From the NCBI GenBank assembly GCA_041687695.1, contig JAWLBL010000044.1:1-34461 (forward strand): DNA of 34,461 nucleotides, in the 5' to 3' direction. The notes beneath the pieces are model-generated. The model searched no databases, was not told the DNA's origin, and saw only the letters and a program-made list of their open reading frames with translations. Position numbers and translations under genes: made by a program. Source of the stretch: Myxococcota bacterium (GTDB lineage Bacteria; Myxococcota_A; UBA9042; PHBI01; JAWLBL01). Every line of letters begins with the position of its first letter. The first letter of the stretch is position 1. Of this stretch, positions 26,815 through 34,461 are shown one piece after another.

Positions 26815-28437
26815 ATGTCATCGCCATCGTCAGCCGGCGAGCGGCTCACCAGCCACGTCGACCCGAACGACCCGGCCTTCCAGGCCAACCGCGACGCCAT
26901 GCAGGCCCTCGTCGCCGAGCTGCGCGAGCGCACCGGACGCGCCCGCGCGGGCGGCGCCGGCAGCGGCCGCCAGGAAGAGCTGGGCAAGCTGCCCGTCCGC
27001 GAGCGCATCGATCTGCTGCTCGACCCCGGCACGCCCTTCCTCGAGCTGAGCCCGCTCGCCGCCGAGGAGATGTACGACGGCCAGGCGCCGGGCGCCGGCA
27101 TCGTCACCGGCGTCGGCATGGTCGAGGGCGTCGAGTGCCTGATCGTCGCCAACGACGCCTCGGTCAAGGGCGGCACCTACTTCCCGATGACGGTGAAGAA
27201 GCACCTGCGCGCGCAAGAGGTCGCCGCCGCCAACAACTTGCCGTGCGTGTACCTCGTCGACTCGGGCGGCGCCTTCCTGCCGCTGCAGGCCGACGTCTTC
27301 CCCGACCGCGACCACTTCGGCCGCATCTTCTTCAACCAGGCCAACCTGTCGGCGCGCGGCATCCCGCAGGTCGCCGTGGTGCTGGGCTCGTGCACGGCCG
27401 GCGGCGCCTACGTCCCGGCGATGAGCGACGAGGCCATCATCGTCAAGGAGCAGGGGACCATCTTCCTGGGCGGCCCGCCGCTGGTCAAAGCCGCCACCGG
27501 CGAAGAGGTCACCGCCGAGGAGCTGGGCGGCGCCGACGTCCACACGCGCCTGTCGGGCGTCGCCGACCACTTCGCCCTCGACGACCGCGACGCCCTGCGC
27601 CGCGCCCGCAGCGTCGTCGCGACCCTCAACCGCAAGAAGACGGTCGACGTCACGCTGACCGCCCCCGAAGAGCCGGCCTATGACCCGGCCGAGATCTACG
27701 GCGTCATCCCGGCCGACCGCCGCATCCCCTACGACGTGCGCGAGGTCATCGCCCGCGTGGTCGACGGCAGCCGCTTCGCCGAGTTCAAGGCCCGCTACGC
27801 GACGACGCTGGTGACCGGCTTCGCGCGCATCCACGGCTACCCGGTGGGCATCATCGCCAACAACGGCGTGCTCTTCAGCGAGTCGGCCCTGAAGGCGGCG
27901 CACTTCATCGAGCTGTGCTGCCTGCGCAAGACGCCGCTGGTGTTCCTGCAGAACATCACCGGCTTCATGGTCGGCAGGGAGTACGAGAACAAGGGCATCG
28001 CCAAGGACGGCGCCAAGATGGTGCACGCCGTGGCGACCGCCAACGTGCCCAAGCTCACCGTCATCATCGGCGGCAGCTTCGGCGCCGGGAACTACGGCAT
28101 GTGCGGGCGCGCCTACGACCCGCGCTTCATGTTCTCGTGGCCCAACAGCCGCATCTCGGTGATGGGCGGCGAGCAGGCCGCGGGCGTGCTGGCCACCGTC
28201 AAGGAGGACCAGCTCTCGCGCCGCGGCAAGCCCTGGACCCCGGACGAGCGCCAGCGCTTCATGCAGCCCATCCTCGACAAGTACGAGCACGAGGGCAGCC
28301 CCTATTACGCGACCGCGCGGCTGTGGGACGACGGCATCATCGACCCGGCCGACACCCGCACCGTCCTCGCCCTCGCCCTGTCCGCCAGCCTGAACGCCCC
28401 GATCCCCGACTGGCGGCCGGGCGTGTTCCGCATGTAG
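26815..28437 (+). CDS. mccB: 3-methylcrotonyl-CoA carboxylase beta (carboxyltransferase) subunit
   Basis: [80 protein letters not shown]. Start at ATG 26815. Confidence 0.95.
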   Translation: MSSPSSAGERLTSHVDPNDPAFQANRDAMQALVAELRERTGRARAGGAGSGRQEELGKLPVRERIDLLLDPGTPFLELSPLAAEEMYDGQAPGAGIVTGVGMVEGVECLIVANDASVKGGTYFPMTVKKHLRAQEVAAANNLPCVYLVDSGGAFLPLQADVFPDRDHFGRIFFNQANLSARGIPQVAVVLGSCTAGGAYVPAMSDEAIIVKEQGTIFLGGPPLVKAATGEEVTAEELGGADVHTRLSGVADHFALDDRDALRRARSVVATLNRKKTVDVTLTAPEEPAYDPAEIYGVIPADRRIPYDVREVIARVVDGSRFAEFKARYATTLVTGFARIHGYPVGIIANNGVLFSESALKAAHFIELCCLRKTPLVFLQNITGFMVGREYENKGIAKDGAKMVHAVATANVPKLTVIIGGSFGAGNYGMCGRAYDPRFMFSWPNSRISVMGGEQAAGVLATVKEDQLSRRGKPWTPDERQRFMQPILDKYEHEGSPYYATARLWDDGIIDPADTRTVLALALSASLNAPIPDWRPGVFRM

Positions 28438-28449
28438 GAGGCCCGCGCC

Positions 28450-29271
28450 ATGACCGATCCGCTCGACTCCCTCCAGGTCGTCAACGACGGCGGCATCGTC
28501 CGCGTCTGGCTGAACCGCCCGCACGTCCACAACGCCTTCGACGACCACCTCATCCGGCGCCTGGTGCAGACCTTCGACGCCATCGCCGCCGACCCGGCCG
28601 CGCGCGTCGTGGTCCTGGGCGGGCGCGGCAAGAGCTTCTGCGCCGGCGCCGATCTCAAGTGGATGGCCTCGATGGCCGCCACCGGCGGCGCCGCCAACGG
28701 CGAGGACGCGCGCGTCATGGCGCGCCTGTTCGACACCGTCAACCGCTCGCCCAAGCCGGTCATCGGCCGCATCCACGGCGCGGCGCGCGGCGGCGGCATC
28801 GGCCTCGTCGCCTGCCTCGACATCCCGGTCGCGCTCGACTCGGTCACCTTCGCGCTGACCGAGGTGCGCCTGGGCCTGGCCCCCGCGGTCATCTCGCCCT
28901 TCGTCGTCGCCAAGATAGGCGTCACCGCCGCCCGCGAGCTGTTCGTGACCGGCGACCCCTTCGACGCCGAGCGCGCGCGCCAGCTGGGCCTGCTGGCCCA
29001 CGTCGTGCCCGACGAGGCCGCGCTCGACGCCAAGGTCGACGCGCTGGCCCGCTCGATCCTGGCCGGCGGCCCGCACGCGGTCGCGACCTGCAAGCAGCTG
29101 GCCCTGACCATCGCCTCGATGAGCCCCGACGAGGCCTTCACCCACACGGCCGGCCTCATCGCCCAGCTGCGCGCGAGCCCCGAGGGCCGCGAGGGCATGG
29201 CCGCCTTCATCGGCAAGCGGCCGCCGTCCTGGCTGGCGCCCACCAAGGCGCCGGGAGACGCCGACGCATGA
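28450..29271 (+). CDS. liuC: methylglutaconyl-CoA hydratase (crotonase family)
   Basis: LNRPHVHNAF, FCAGADLKWM, GGGIGL, TEVRLGLAPAVISPFV, EGREG; operon context. Confidence 0.88.
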   Translation: MTDPLDSLQVVNDGGIVRVWLNRPHVHNAFDDHLIRRLVQTFDAIAADPAARVVVLGGRGKSFCAGADLKWMASMAATGGAANGEDARVMARLFDTVNRSPKPVIGRIHGAARGGGIGLVACLDIPVALDSVTFALTEVRLGLAPAVISPFVVAKIGVTAARELFVTGDPFDAERARQLGLLAHVVPDEAALDAKVDALARSILAGGPHAVATCKQLALTIASMSPDEAFTHTAGLIAQLRASPEGREGMAAFIGKRPPSWLAPTKAPGDADA

Positions 29272-30782
29272 AGCGCGTCCTCATCGCCAACCGCGGCGAG
29301 ATCGCCGTCCGCGTCGCCCAGGCCTGCCACGCCCAGGGCCTCGAGACCGTCGCCGTCTACTCGCAGGCCGACGCGGCCGCGCTGCACGTCCGCACCGCCA
29401 CCCGCGCCGTCCTCATCGGCCCGCCGCCGGCCGCCGAGAGCTACCTGCGCGTCGAGGCCCTGCTCGAGGCGGCGCGCAAGACCGGCGCCGACGCCATCCA
29501 CCCCGGCTATGGCTTCCTCAGCGAGAACGCCGACTTCGCGCGCAGGGTCGTCGACGCCGGGCTCACCTGGATCGGCCCCGATCCGGCCGCCATCGAGGCG
29601 ATGGGCACCAAGATCGGCGCCCGCCGCCGCATGGAGGCCGCCGGCGTCCCAGTAGTCCCGGGCGTCCACGACGCGGGTCAGGACGTGGCCGCCCTCGAGG
29701 CGGCGGCCGACCGCATCGGCTTCCCGGTGCTGGTCAAGGCGTCCGCCGGCGGCGGCGGCAAGGGCATGCGGACCGTCGAGCGGCGCGAGGACCTGCGCGG
29801 CGCCATCGAGGCCGCCCAGCGCGAGGCCCAGGCCGCCTTCGGCGACCGCGCGGTCTACATCGAGAAGCTCCTGGTGCGCCCGCGGCACGTCGAGGTGCAG
29901 ATCTTCGGCGACCGCCACGGCGGGGCCGTCCACCTGCTCGAGCGCGAGTGCTCCATCCAGCGCCGCCACCAGAAGGTGTTGGAAGAGTGCCCGTCGCCCG
30001 CCCTGGACGCTGACCTCCGCCGGCGCATGGGCGAGGCCGCCGTCGCCGCCGCGCGCGCGGTCGACTACGTCGGCGCCGGCACCGTCGAGTTCATGGTCGA
30101 CGCCCGCGGCGACTTCTACTTCCTCGAGATGAACACGCGCCTGCAGGTCGAGCACCCGGTGACCGAGCTGGTCATGGGCGTGGATCTGGTCGCCGCGCAG
30201 CTGGCGGTGGCCCGGGGCGAGCCGCTGCCCTGGACACAGGCGCAGCTGCAGCCGCGCGGGCACGCCATCGAGGTGCGCCTGTACGCCGAGGACCCTGCCC
30301 GCGGCTTTCTGCCGTCGACGGGCAAGCTGCTGCGCTATCGGCCGCCGGTCGCGCCCGGGATCCGCCACGACGGCGGCGTGGCCGAGGGCGACGAGGTCTC
30401 GACCTGGTACGACCCGATGCTGGCCAAGCTCATCGCCTGGGGCGAGACGCGCGACCACGCCATCGGACGGCTGGCGCACGCGCTGGGCGCCTGGCAGGTG
30501 CACGGCGTGACGACCAACCTGGGCTTTCTGCAGGCGGTCGTGGCGCACCCGGCCTTCCGCGCCGGCGCGACCCACACCGGGTTCATCGGCGAGCACTTCG
30601 AGGACGGGGTCTTCGCGCCGGAGCCGGCCGGGGACGAGGCGCTCATCGCCATCGCCATCGCCGAGGCGATGGGCCTGACCCGCGCCGCGGCGGGGCAGGG
30701 CGGGGCGGGCGAGGGCGGGGACGGCCGCTCGGACCGCGTGTCGCCCTGGCGCGCGCTGGGCGCCTGGAGGAGCAACGCATGA
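29268..30782 (+). CDS. mccA: biotin carboxylase subunit of MCC (alpha chain without BCCP)
   Basis: MKRVLIANRGEIA, HPGYGFLSEN, GGGGKGM, ERECSIQRRHQK, FLEMNTRLQVEHPVTE, YDPMLAK. ATGA overlap at 29268. Confidence 0.9.
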   Translation: MKRVLIANRGEIAVRVAQACHAQGLETVAVYSQADAAALHVRTATRAVLIGPPPAAESYLRVEALLEAARKTGADAIHPGYGFLSENADFARRVVDAGLTWIGPDPAAIEAMGTKIGARRRMEAAGVPVVPGVHDAGQDVAALEAAADRIGFPVLVKASAGGGGKGMRTVERREDLRGAIEAAQREAQAAFGDRAVYIEKLLVRPRHVEVQIFGDRHGGAVHLLERECSIQRRHQKVLEECPSPALDADLRRRMGEAAVAAARAVDYVGAGTVEFMVDARGDFYFLEMNTRLQVEHPVTELVMGVDLVAAQLAVARGEPLPWTQAQLQPRGHAIEVRLYAEDPARGFLPSTGKLLRYRPPVAPGIRHDGGVAEGDEVSTWYDPMLAKLIAWGETRDHAIGRLAHALGAWQVHGVTTNLGFLQAVVAHPAFRAGATHTGFIGEHFEDGVFAPEPAGDEALIAIAIAEAMGLTRAAAGQGGAGEGGDGRSDRVSPWRALGAWRSNA

Positions 30783-31279
30783 GCCGCCTGGTCCAACGGG
30801 GCGAGACGTCGGTGGCGCTTGGCGCGCGGCCGGATCCCAAGGCGCCCGACACGTGGATCGTCACCATCGGCGAGCACCACCACACGGTGCAGGCGCGCCG
30901 GACGGGCGAGGGGACGCTGCTGGTGACCCTGGCCGACGGGCGCACGGCCGAGCTGGCGGTGACGCGCGACGCGCAGCGCTGGTGGGTGACCGGCGGCGGG
31001 CGCACGACCGTGGTCGCCGAGGCCGAGGCCGCCGGGCGGGCGCACGCGCACGAGGGCGGGCTGGAAGCGCCGATGCCCGGCAAGGTGTTGGCCGTGAAGG
31101 TGGCGCCGGGCGACCGGGTGGCCGCGGGCGCGACGCTGCTCATCGTAGAGGCCATGAAGATGGAGCACGCCATCAAGGCGCCCCACGCCGGCGTCGTGCG
31201 CGAGGTGGCGGCGCGCGAGGGCGACATGGTCAGCCCGGGCACGCCGCTGGTCACGCTGGACCGCGAGGAGGACGCATGA
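30779..31279 (+). CDS. biotin carboxyl carrier protein with N-terminal BT-like beta domain
   Basis: APMPGKV...EAMKME biotinylation motif. GGAGGAG RBS and ATGA overlap. Confidence 0.9.
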   Translation: MSRLVQRGETSVALGARPDPKAPDTWIVTIGEHHHTVQARRTGEGTLLVTLADGRTAELAVTRDAQRWWVTGGGRTTVVAEAEAAGRAHAHEGGLEAPMPGKVLAVKVAPGDRVAAGATLLIVEAMKMEHAIKAPHAGVVREVAAREGDMVSPGTPLVTLDREEDA

Positions 31280-32226
31280 GCGCGGCGTCCGAGGCGCGTC
31301 CGCAGGTGCTGGTGACCGAGGTCGGCCCCCGCGACGGCCTGCAGAACGAGAAGGCGGCCGTCCCGACCGAGGCCAAGGTCCGCTTCGTCGACGCGCTGGT
31401 CGCGGCGGGCGTGCGGCAGATCGAGACGACCAGCTTCGTCAACCCCCAGCGGGTGCCGGCCATGGCCGACGCCGCCGACGTGTTCGCGCTCTTGCCGCGC
31501 CGCCCAGGCGTCCGCTACGTCGCGCTGGTCCCCAACCTCAAGGGCTACGAGCGCGCGCGCGCGGCCGGCTGCGACGCCATCGCCCTGTTCACGGCCGCCA
31601 GCGAGGGCTTCGCCCGCGCCAACATCAACATGACCATCGAGCAGAGCCTCGCGGGCTTCCGCGACATCGCCAAGGCGGCCGCCGCCGACGGCGTCTCGAT
31701 GCGCGGCTACGTCAGCACGGTCTTCGCCTGCCCCTACGACGGCCCGACCGCTCCCGACCAGGTCCTGAAGGTCACCGAAGCCCTGCTGGATCTGGGCTGC
31801 TACGAGGTCAGCCTGGGCGACACCATCGGCGTCGGCACGCCCACCGACACCCACCGCCTGCTCGGCATCCTGCTCCGCTACCTGCCCTCGCGCATGCTGG
31901 CCCTGCACTTCCACGACACCTGGGGCATGGCGGTCGCCAACGTCGTCGCCGGCCTCGAGGACGGCCTGCGCAGCTTCGACGCCAGCGCCGGCGGCCTCGG
32001 CGGCTGCCCCTACGCCCCCAGCGCCTCGGGCAACCTGGCCACCGAGGACCTCGTCTACCTGCTCGACCACCTCGGCTACGACACGGGCATCGATCTCGAC
32101 GCCCTCGTCTCGGCCGGCGACGTCATCAGCCCCTTCCTCGACCACCCGCTGCCCGGCCGCGTCCACCAGGCCGTCCAGTCCCAGCGCGCCCGCCGCGCCC
32201 AGCTCGCCGCCACGGAGGCCTCCTGA
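31276..32226 (+). CDS. liuE: hydroxymethylglutaryl-CoA lyase
   Basis: EVGPRDGLQNE, SLGDTIGVGTP, HFHDTWG, GGLGGCPYAP.ASGNLATED. ATGA overlap at 31276. Confidence 0.95.
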   Translation: MSAASEARPQVLVTEVGPRDGLQNEKAAVPTEAKVRFVDALVAAGVRQIETTSFVNPQRVPAMADAADVFALLPRRPGVRYVALVPNLKGYERARAAGCDAIALFTAASEGFARANINMTIEQSLAGFRDIAKAAAADGVSMRGYVSTVFACPYDGPTAPDQVLKVTEALLDLGCYEVSLGDTIGVGTPTDTHRLLGILLRYLPSRMLALHFHDTWGMAVANVVAGLEDGLRSFDASAGGLGGCPYAPSASGNLATEDLVYLLDHLGYDTGIDLDALVSAGDVISPFLDHPLPGRVHQAVQSQRARRAQLAATEAS

Positions 32227-32744
32227 TGCTCCGCGCCGACGGCATGACCCCCGAGTCCTTCATGCCCCTGTGGCGCGACGCCATGTGGCACACCCCCGAC
32301 CCGGCCGAGCGCGTCCGCCTCGTCCTCGAGCTCGGCCGCCTCAACGTCCACCACTTCGGAAAGGCCGACCCCCTGGTCATCGGCTACGCCCAGCGCCGCG
32401 AGCCCCCCTTCCTCATCCTCTCGCTCCGCGAGCCGCCCACCCACGCCAACGCCTCCGTCCGCGCCTCGGTCCAGACCCGCCTCGCCGAGGTCGCCGCCAC
32501 CGAGGTCTACGTCGTCCTGACCCTCGCCACCCCGGGCGCCGCCTCCGCCCACCCCGGCTACCTCCTCGCCGCCTGGGCCGAGACCCTCACCGCCCCCGGC
32601 GAGCCCCCCGACCAGCACTGCTGGCTCCAACCCTTCCGCTGGACCCCCCAGGGCCTCGAAGAGGCCGAAGCCATGCCCACCCCCGACCCCAGCGCCACCG
32701 AGCTCAGCCGCCACCTCGCCGGCCTCCTCACCCCGCGGCACTGA
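32226..32744 (+). CDS. hypothetical protein, translationally coupled to HMG-CoA lyase
   Basis: TGATG overlap, GGAGG RBS, strongly C-ending codons. No recognised motif. Confidence 0.65.
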   Translation: MLRADGMTPESFMPLWRDAMWHTPDPAERVRLVLELGRLNVHHFGKADPLVIGYAQRREPPFLILSLREPPTHANASVRASVQTRLAEVAATEVYVVLTLATPGAASAHPGYLLAAWAETLTAPGEPPDQHCWLQPFRWTPQGLEEAEAMPTPDPSATELSRHLAGLLTPRH

Positions 32745-32753
32745 CCTCTCCGC

Positions 32754-32935
32754 CCCGCGCCGCGCCCTGGAGTGCCCGCGCTCGCGCGGGCTCGTCGGAT
32801 CGCGCCGCTCGCGGCGCCCCCCGCTCAGCCAGCGCCTCTCTCTGGAGCGCCCACCCGCTCGGCCCGCGCCGCGCCCTGGAGTGCCCGCGCTCGCACGGGC
32901 TCACTGGTCAGCAAGGCTCGCGGCGCCCCGCTCGG
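32754..32935. repeat. REP-like direct-repeat doublet with hairpins
   Basis: 40-bp unit cccgcgccgcgccctggagtgcccgcgctcgc(g/a)cgggctc at 32754-32793 and 32863-32902 (1 mismatch). Each contains a GCCCGCGC-TC-GCGCGGGC hairpin after GGAG and is followed by gctcgcggcgcccc. Confidence 0.75.
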
Positions 32936-32963
32936 AAGAGGAACTAAACGCATGACTCATTGC

Positions 32964-32977
32964 TCGTCCCGGGACGA
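32964..32977. repeat. perfect palindrome TCGTCCCGGGACGA, 8 bp past the HNH stop
   Basis: Read directly. The same motif occurs at 33642-33659 and in the array at 34390-34461. Confidence 0.8.
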
Positions 32978-32985
32978 CGGACGTC

Positions 32986-34152
32986 TCACAGCGCCAGCAG
33001 GCCGGTGGCGCAAAGCGAGCCTTCCGGCGCCCTCCGCGCTCGCCGCTTGCGCCCGATGAACCCGGCTCCCAGCTCCTGCCGAGCGATGAGTTGATTGTGG
33101 GCCTGACAGACCAGGCTGAGGTTGTCGGCGGAGTGAGCCCCTCCCACCGCGAAGGGCTCGTGATGATGGAACTCCAGCCGCCGGCGCTCCCGACAGCGCC
33201 CCGCCGGGCCCTGGTAGCTGCAGCGCAGCCCATCGCGCTCGACCACCGCCCGCTTCACGTCGACTGGGATAGCCCGGCTGCGGTCCTTCAGCTGGTCGGG
33301 TCCTCCGATTACGGCCTCACCCGGATCTTCATGGCGCTCCTGCTCATTCACCTCAGCAGCTGTCTCGGCCGGCGCCTCGGCCTCGGAAACGGCGGCGGCC
33401 TTCCTGACCTTCGCCTTCTGCCCCACCCCGAACCTCTGCTTCTTCTTGGCCGTGATCAATGCGTCAAAGGCCATCTCGAACAGGCGCTCATAGTCCCCGG
33501 CGGCGACCTGATGACCGGTCAAGGCCATCGCCTCCTCGAGCTTCCCCGCCACCCGCGCGTCCACGGTGATCTGGACCTTGAAGCGCGCCTCCGACAGCGG
33601 CTCGACCGTATGCCGAGGCCTCGGAGCCTTCAGCTCTAACCCGTCGTCCCGGGAGGACGCGTCGGTCTCGGCCGTCTTCGGCGCGACCGGCGGCTCCACT
33701 CGCTGCACCGGCACCTTCACGACCCGCGCAGGCACATCCGGCCGCGGCGCCCACCTGGCCATCAGCAACTGCAACTCCTGGCGGGTCTTGCCCGCGGCCT
33801 CTCGCAGCCGTTCGTCGCCATTGGCCTCAGACAAATGCGGCCGCAGCGCCCTCAACCCGCTGAGGCTCAACCGTCCGTCAGCCAGCAACTCCAAGCCCAG
33901 CGGGTGCTCGCGCACGACCTCGACGACCTTGGTGTACGTCCACGCCTGGTCCTCCGACAGCCCCCACCGCGCGATGCACCAATCAGCCAGCGTCGACGCG
34001 CCATCGAGCAGATGCAGGTCCCGCCGCACCACCTCCACGAGACACGCCACCAGGTTCGCCGTCGCCCTCCGATGCACCCCGACCACCCGGTCGGCCGTGG
34101 CCTTCAGCTCCCCATCGGAAAGCCTCTCCAGACAAGCCGTTCGCTCGCTCAT
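32986..34152 (-). CDS. HNH endonuclease with DUF222-like helical N-terminus (probable selfish multicopy family)
   Basis: N-terminal LSDGEL...ANLVACLVEV..RDLHL..G.STL..WC...GLSEDQA; C-terminal RAIPVDVKRAVVERDGLRC...RC......LEFHHHEPFAVGG.....NL...CQAHN. ATG 34152 with AGGAG RBS. More A/T-ending codons than neighbouring genes. Confidence 0.88.
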   Translation of the reverse strand: MSERTACLERLSDGELKATADRVVGVHRRATANLVACLVEVVRRDLHLLDGASTLADWCIARWGLSEDQAWTYTKVVEVVREHPLGLELLADGRLSLSGLRALRPHLSEANGDERLREAAGKTRQELQLLMARWAPRPDVPARVVKVPVQRVEPPVAPKTAETDASSRDDGLELKAPRPRHTVEPLSEARFKVQITVDARVAGKLEEAMALTGHQVAAGDYERLFEMAFDALITAKKKQRFGVGQKAKVRKAAAVSEAEAPAETAAEVNEQERHEDPGEAVIGGPDQLKDRSRAIPVDVKRAVVERDGLRCSYQGPAGRCRERRRLEFHHHEPFAVGGAHSADNLSLVCQAHNQLIARQELGAGFIGRKRRARRAPEGSLCATGLLAL

Positions 34153-34182
34153 CGCGCCCACTCCTGCTCCTGATGAGCGCGA

Positions 34183-34193
34183 AGCATACCACA
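34183..34193 (-). promoter_or_regulatory. extended -10 promoter candidate for the HNH gene
   Basis: Minus strand TGTGGTATGCT (TGn-TATGCT) about 30 bp upstream of the ATG. Confidence 0.4.
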
Positions 34194-34389
34194 GGGGTTC
34201 CGCGCCCTTCGGAGCACCCCCTGGACGGCCGTTCAGGCACTCCAGAGACCCCGCGAGGACCCTCACCCCTGATCAGTGCCCTCACGAGCACGCCAGGCCC
34301 CTCCACGCCCTCGCCAGCCCCCGACCCCCGATCGCGTCAGAACCCCGCCCCCAGACTGTCAACCTCTTTTTCGACTACCTGACATCTCG

Positions 34390-34461
34390 GTCGTCCCCGG
34401 ACGACCCTCGCCCCCGCGTCGTCCCGGGACGACGACCCTCGCCCGCGCGTCGTCCCGGGAC
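34390..34461. repeat. tandem array of palindrome GTCGTCCCGGGACGAC (at least 3 units, period 28-31 bp), cut by the window end
   Basis: Copies at 34390-34405 (1 mismatch), 34418-34433 (perfect) and 34449-34461 (truncated). Linkers cctcgcccccgc and gaccctcgcccgcgc. Confidence 0.85.

Noticed and set aside
26815..32226. Functional link between leucine/HMG-CoA genes and the polyprenyl/MenA operon via mevalonate
   Set aside because: They are more than 23 kb apart, no mevalonate genes are present, and HMG-CoA lyase points to catabolism.
34390..34461. CRISPR array
   Set aside because: Repeat is only 16 bp, linkers are 12-15 nt and similar to each other, and there are no cas genes in the window.

Overview
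Very GC-rich bacterial DNA, probably from a Myxococcota-like deltaproteobacterium (inferred from Cys-rich lamin-tail lipoproteins, a Ser/Thr-kinase-like protein, a sigma54 site and a myxobacterial-type HNH gene). Most long ORFs in the supplied track are GC shadow frames. Genes I can support, left to right: the 5' end of a Y1/RAYT-like transposase (not in the ORF track) behind a sigma54 motif; a minus-strand operon of GbsR/MarR regulator, PAS-fused MenA prenyltransferase and polyprenyl-PP synthase, preceded by a palindromic operator; an orphan Cache-HAMP histidine kinase; a lipoprotein with four lamin-tail domains; a carbamoyltransferase, methyltransferase and YafK-type run; two different Xaa-Pro aminopeptidases; a PQQ/GSDH propeller lacking its catalytic His; a membrane class III cyclase with guanylyl-cyclase-type residues; an SDR; a DUF2339 protein; an OB-fold/lamin-tail lipoprotein; a SecDF-head lipoprotein; a pseudokinase; a leucine catabolism (MCC/liu) operon; a REP-like doublet; and a DUF222-like HNH endonuclease gene. 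The palindrome TCGTCCCGGGACGA occurs downstream of, inside, and as a tandem array upstream of that HNH gene. Best leads: the HNH/palindrome element, the PAS-MenA module and the candidate VUT-like guanylyl cyclase. All calls come from reading motifs by eye; no searches were run.
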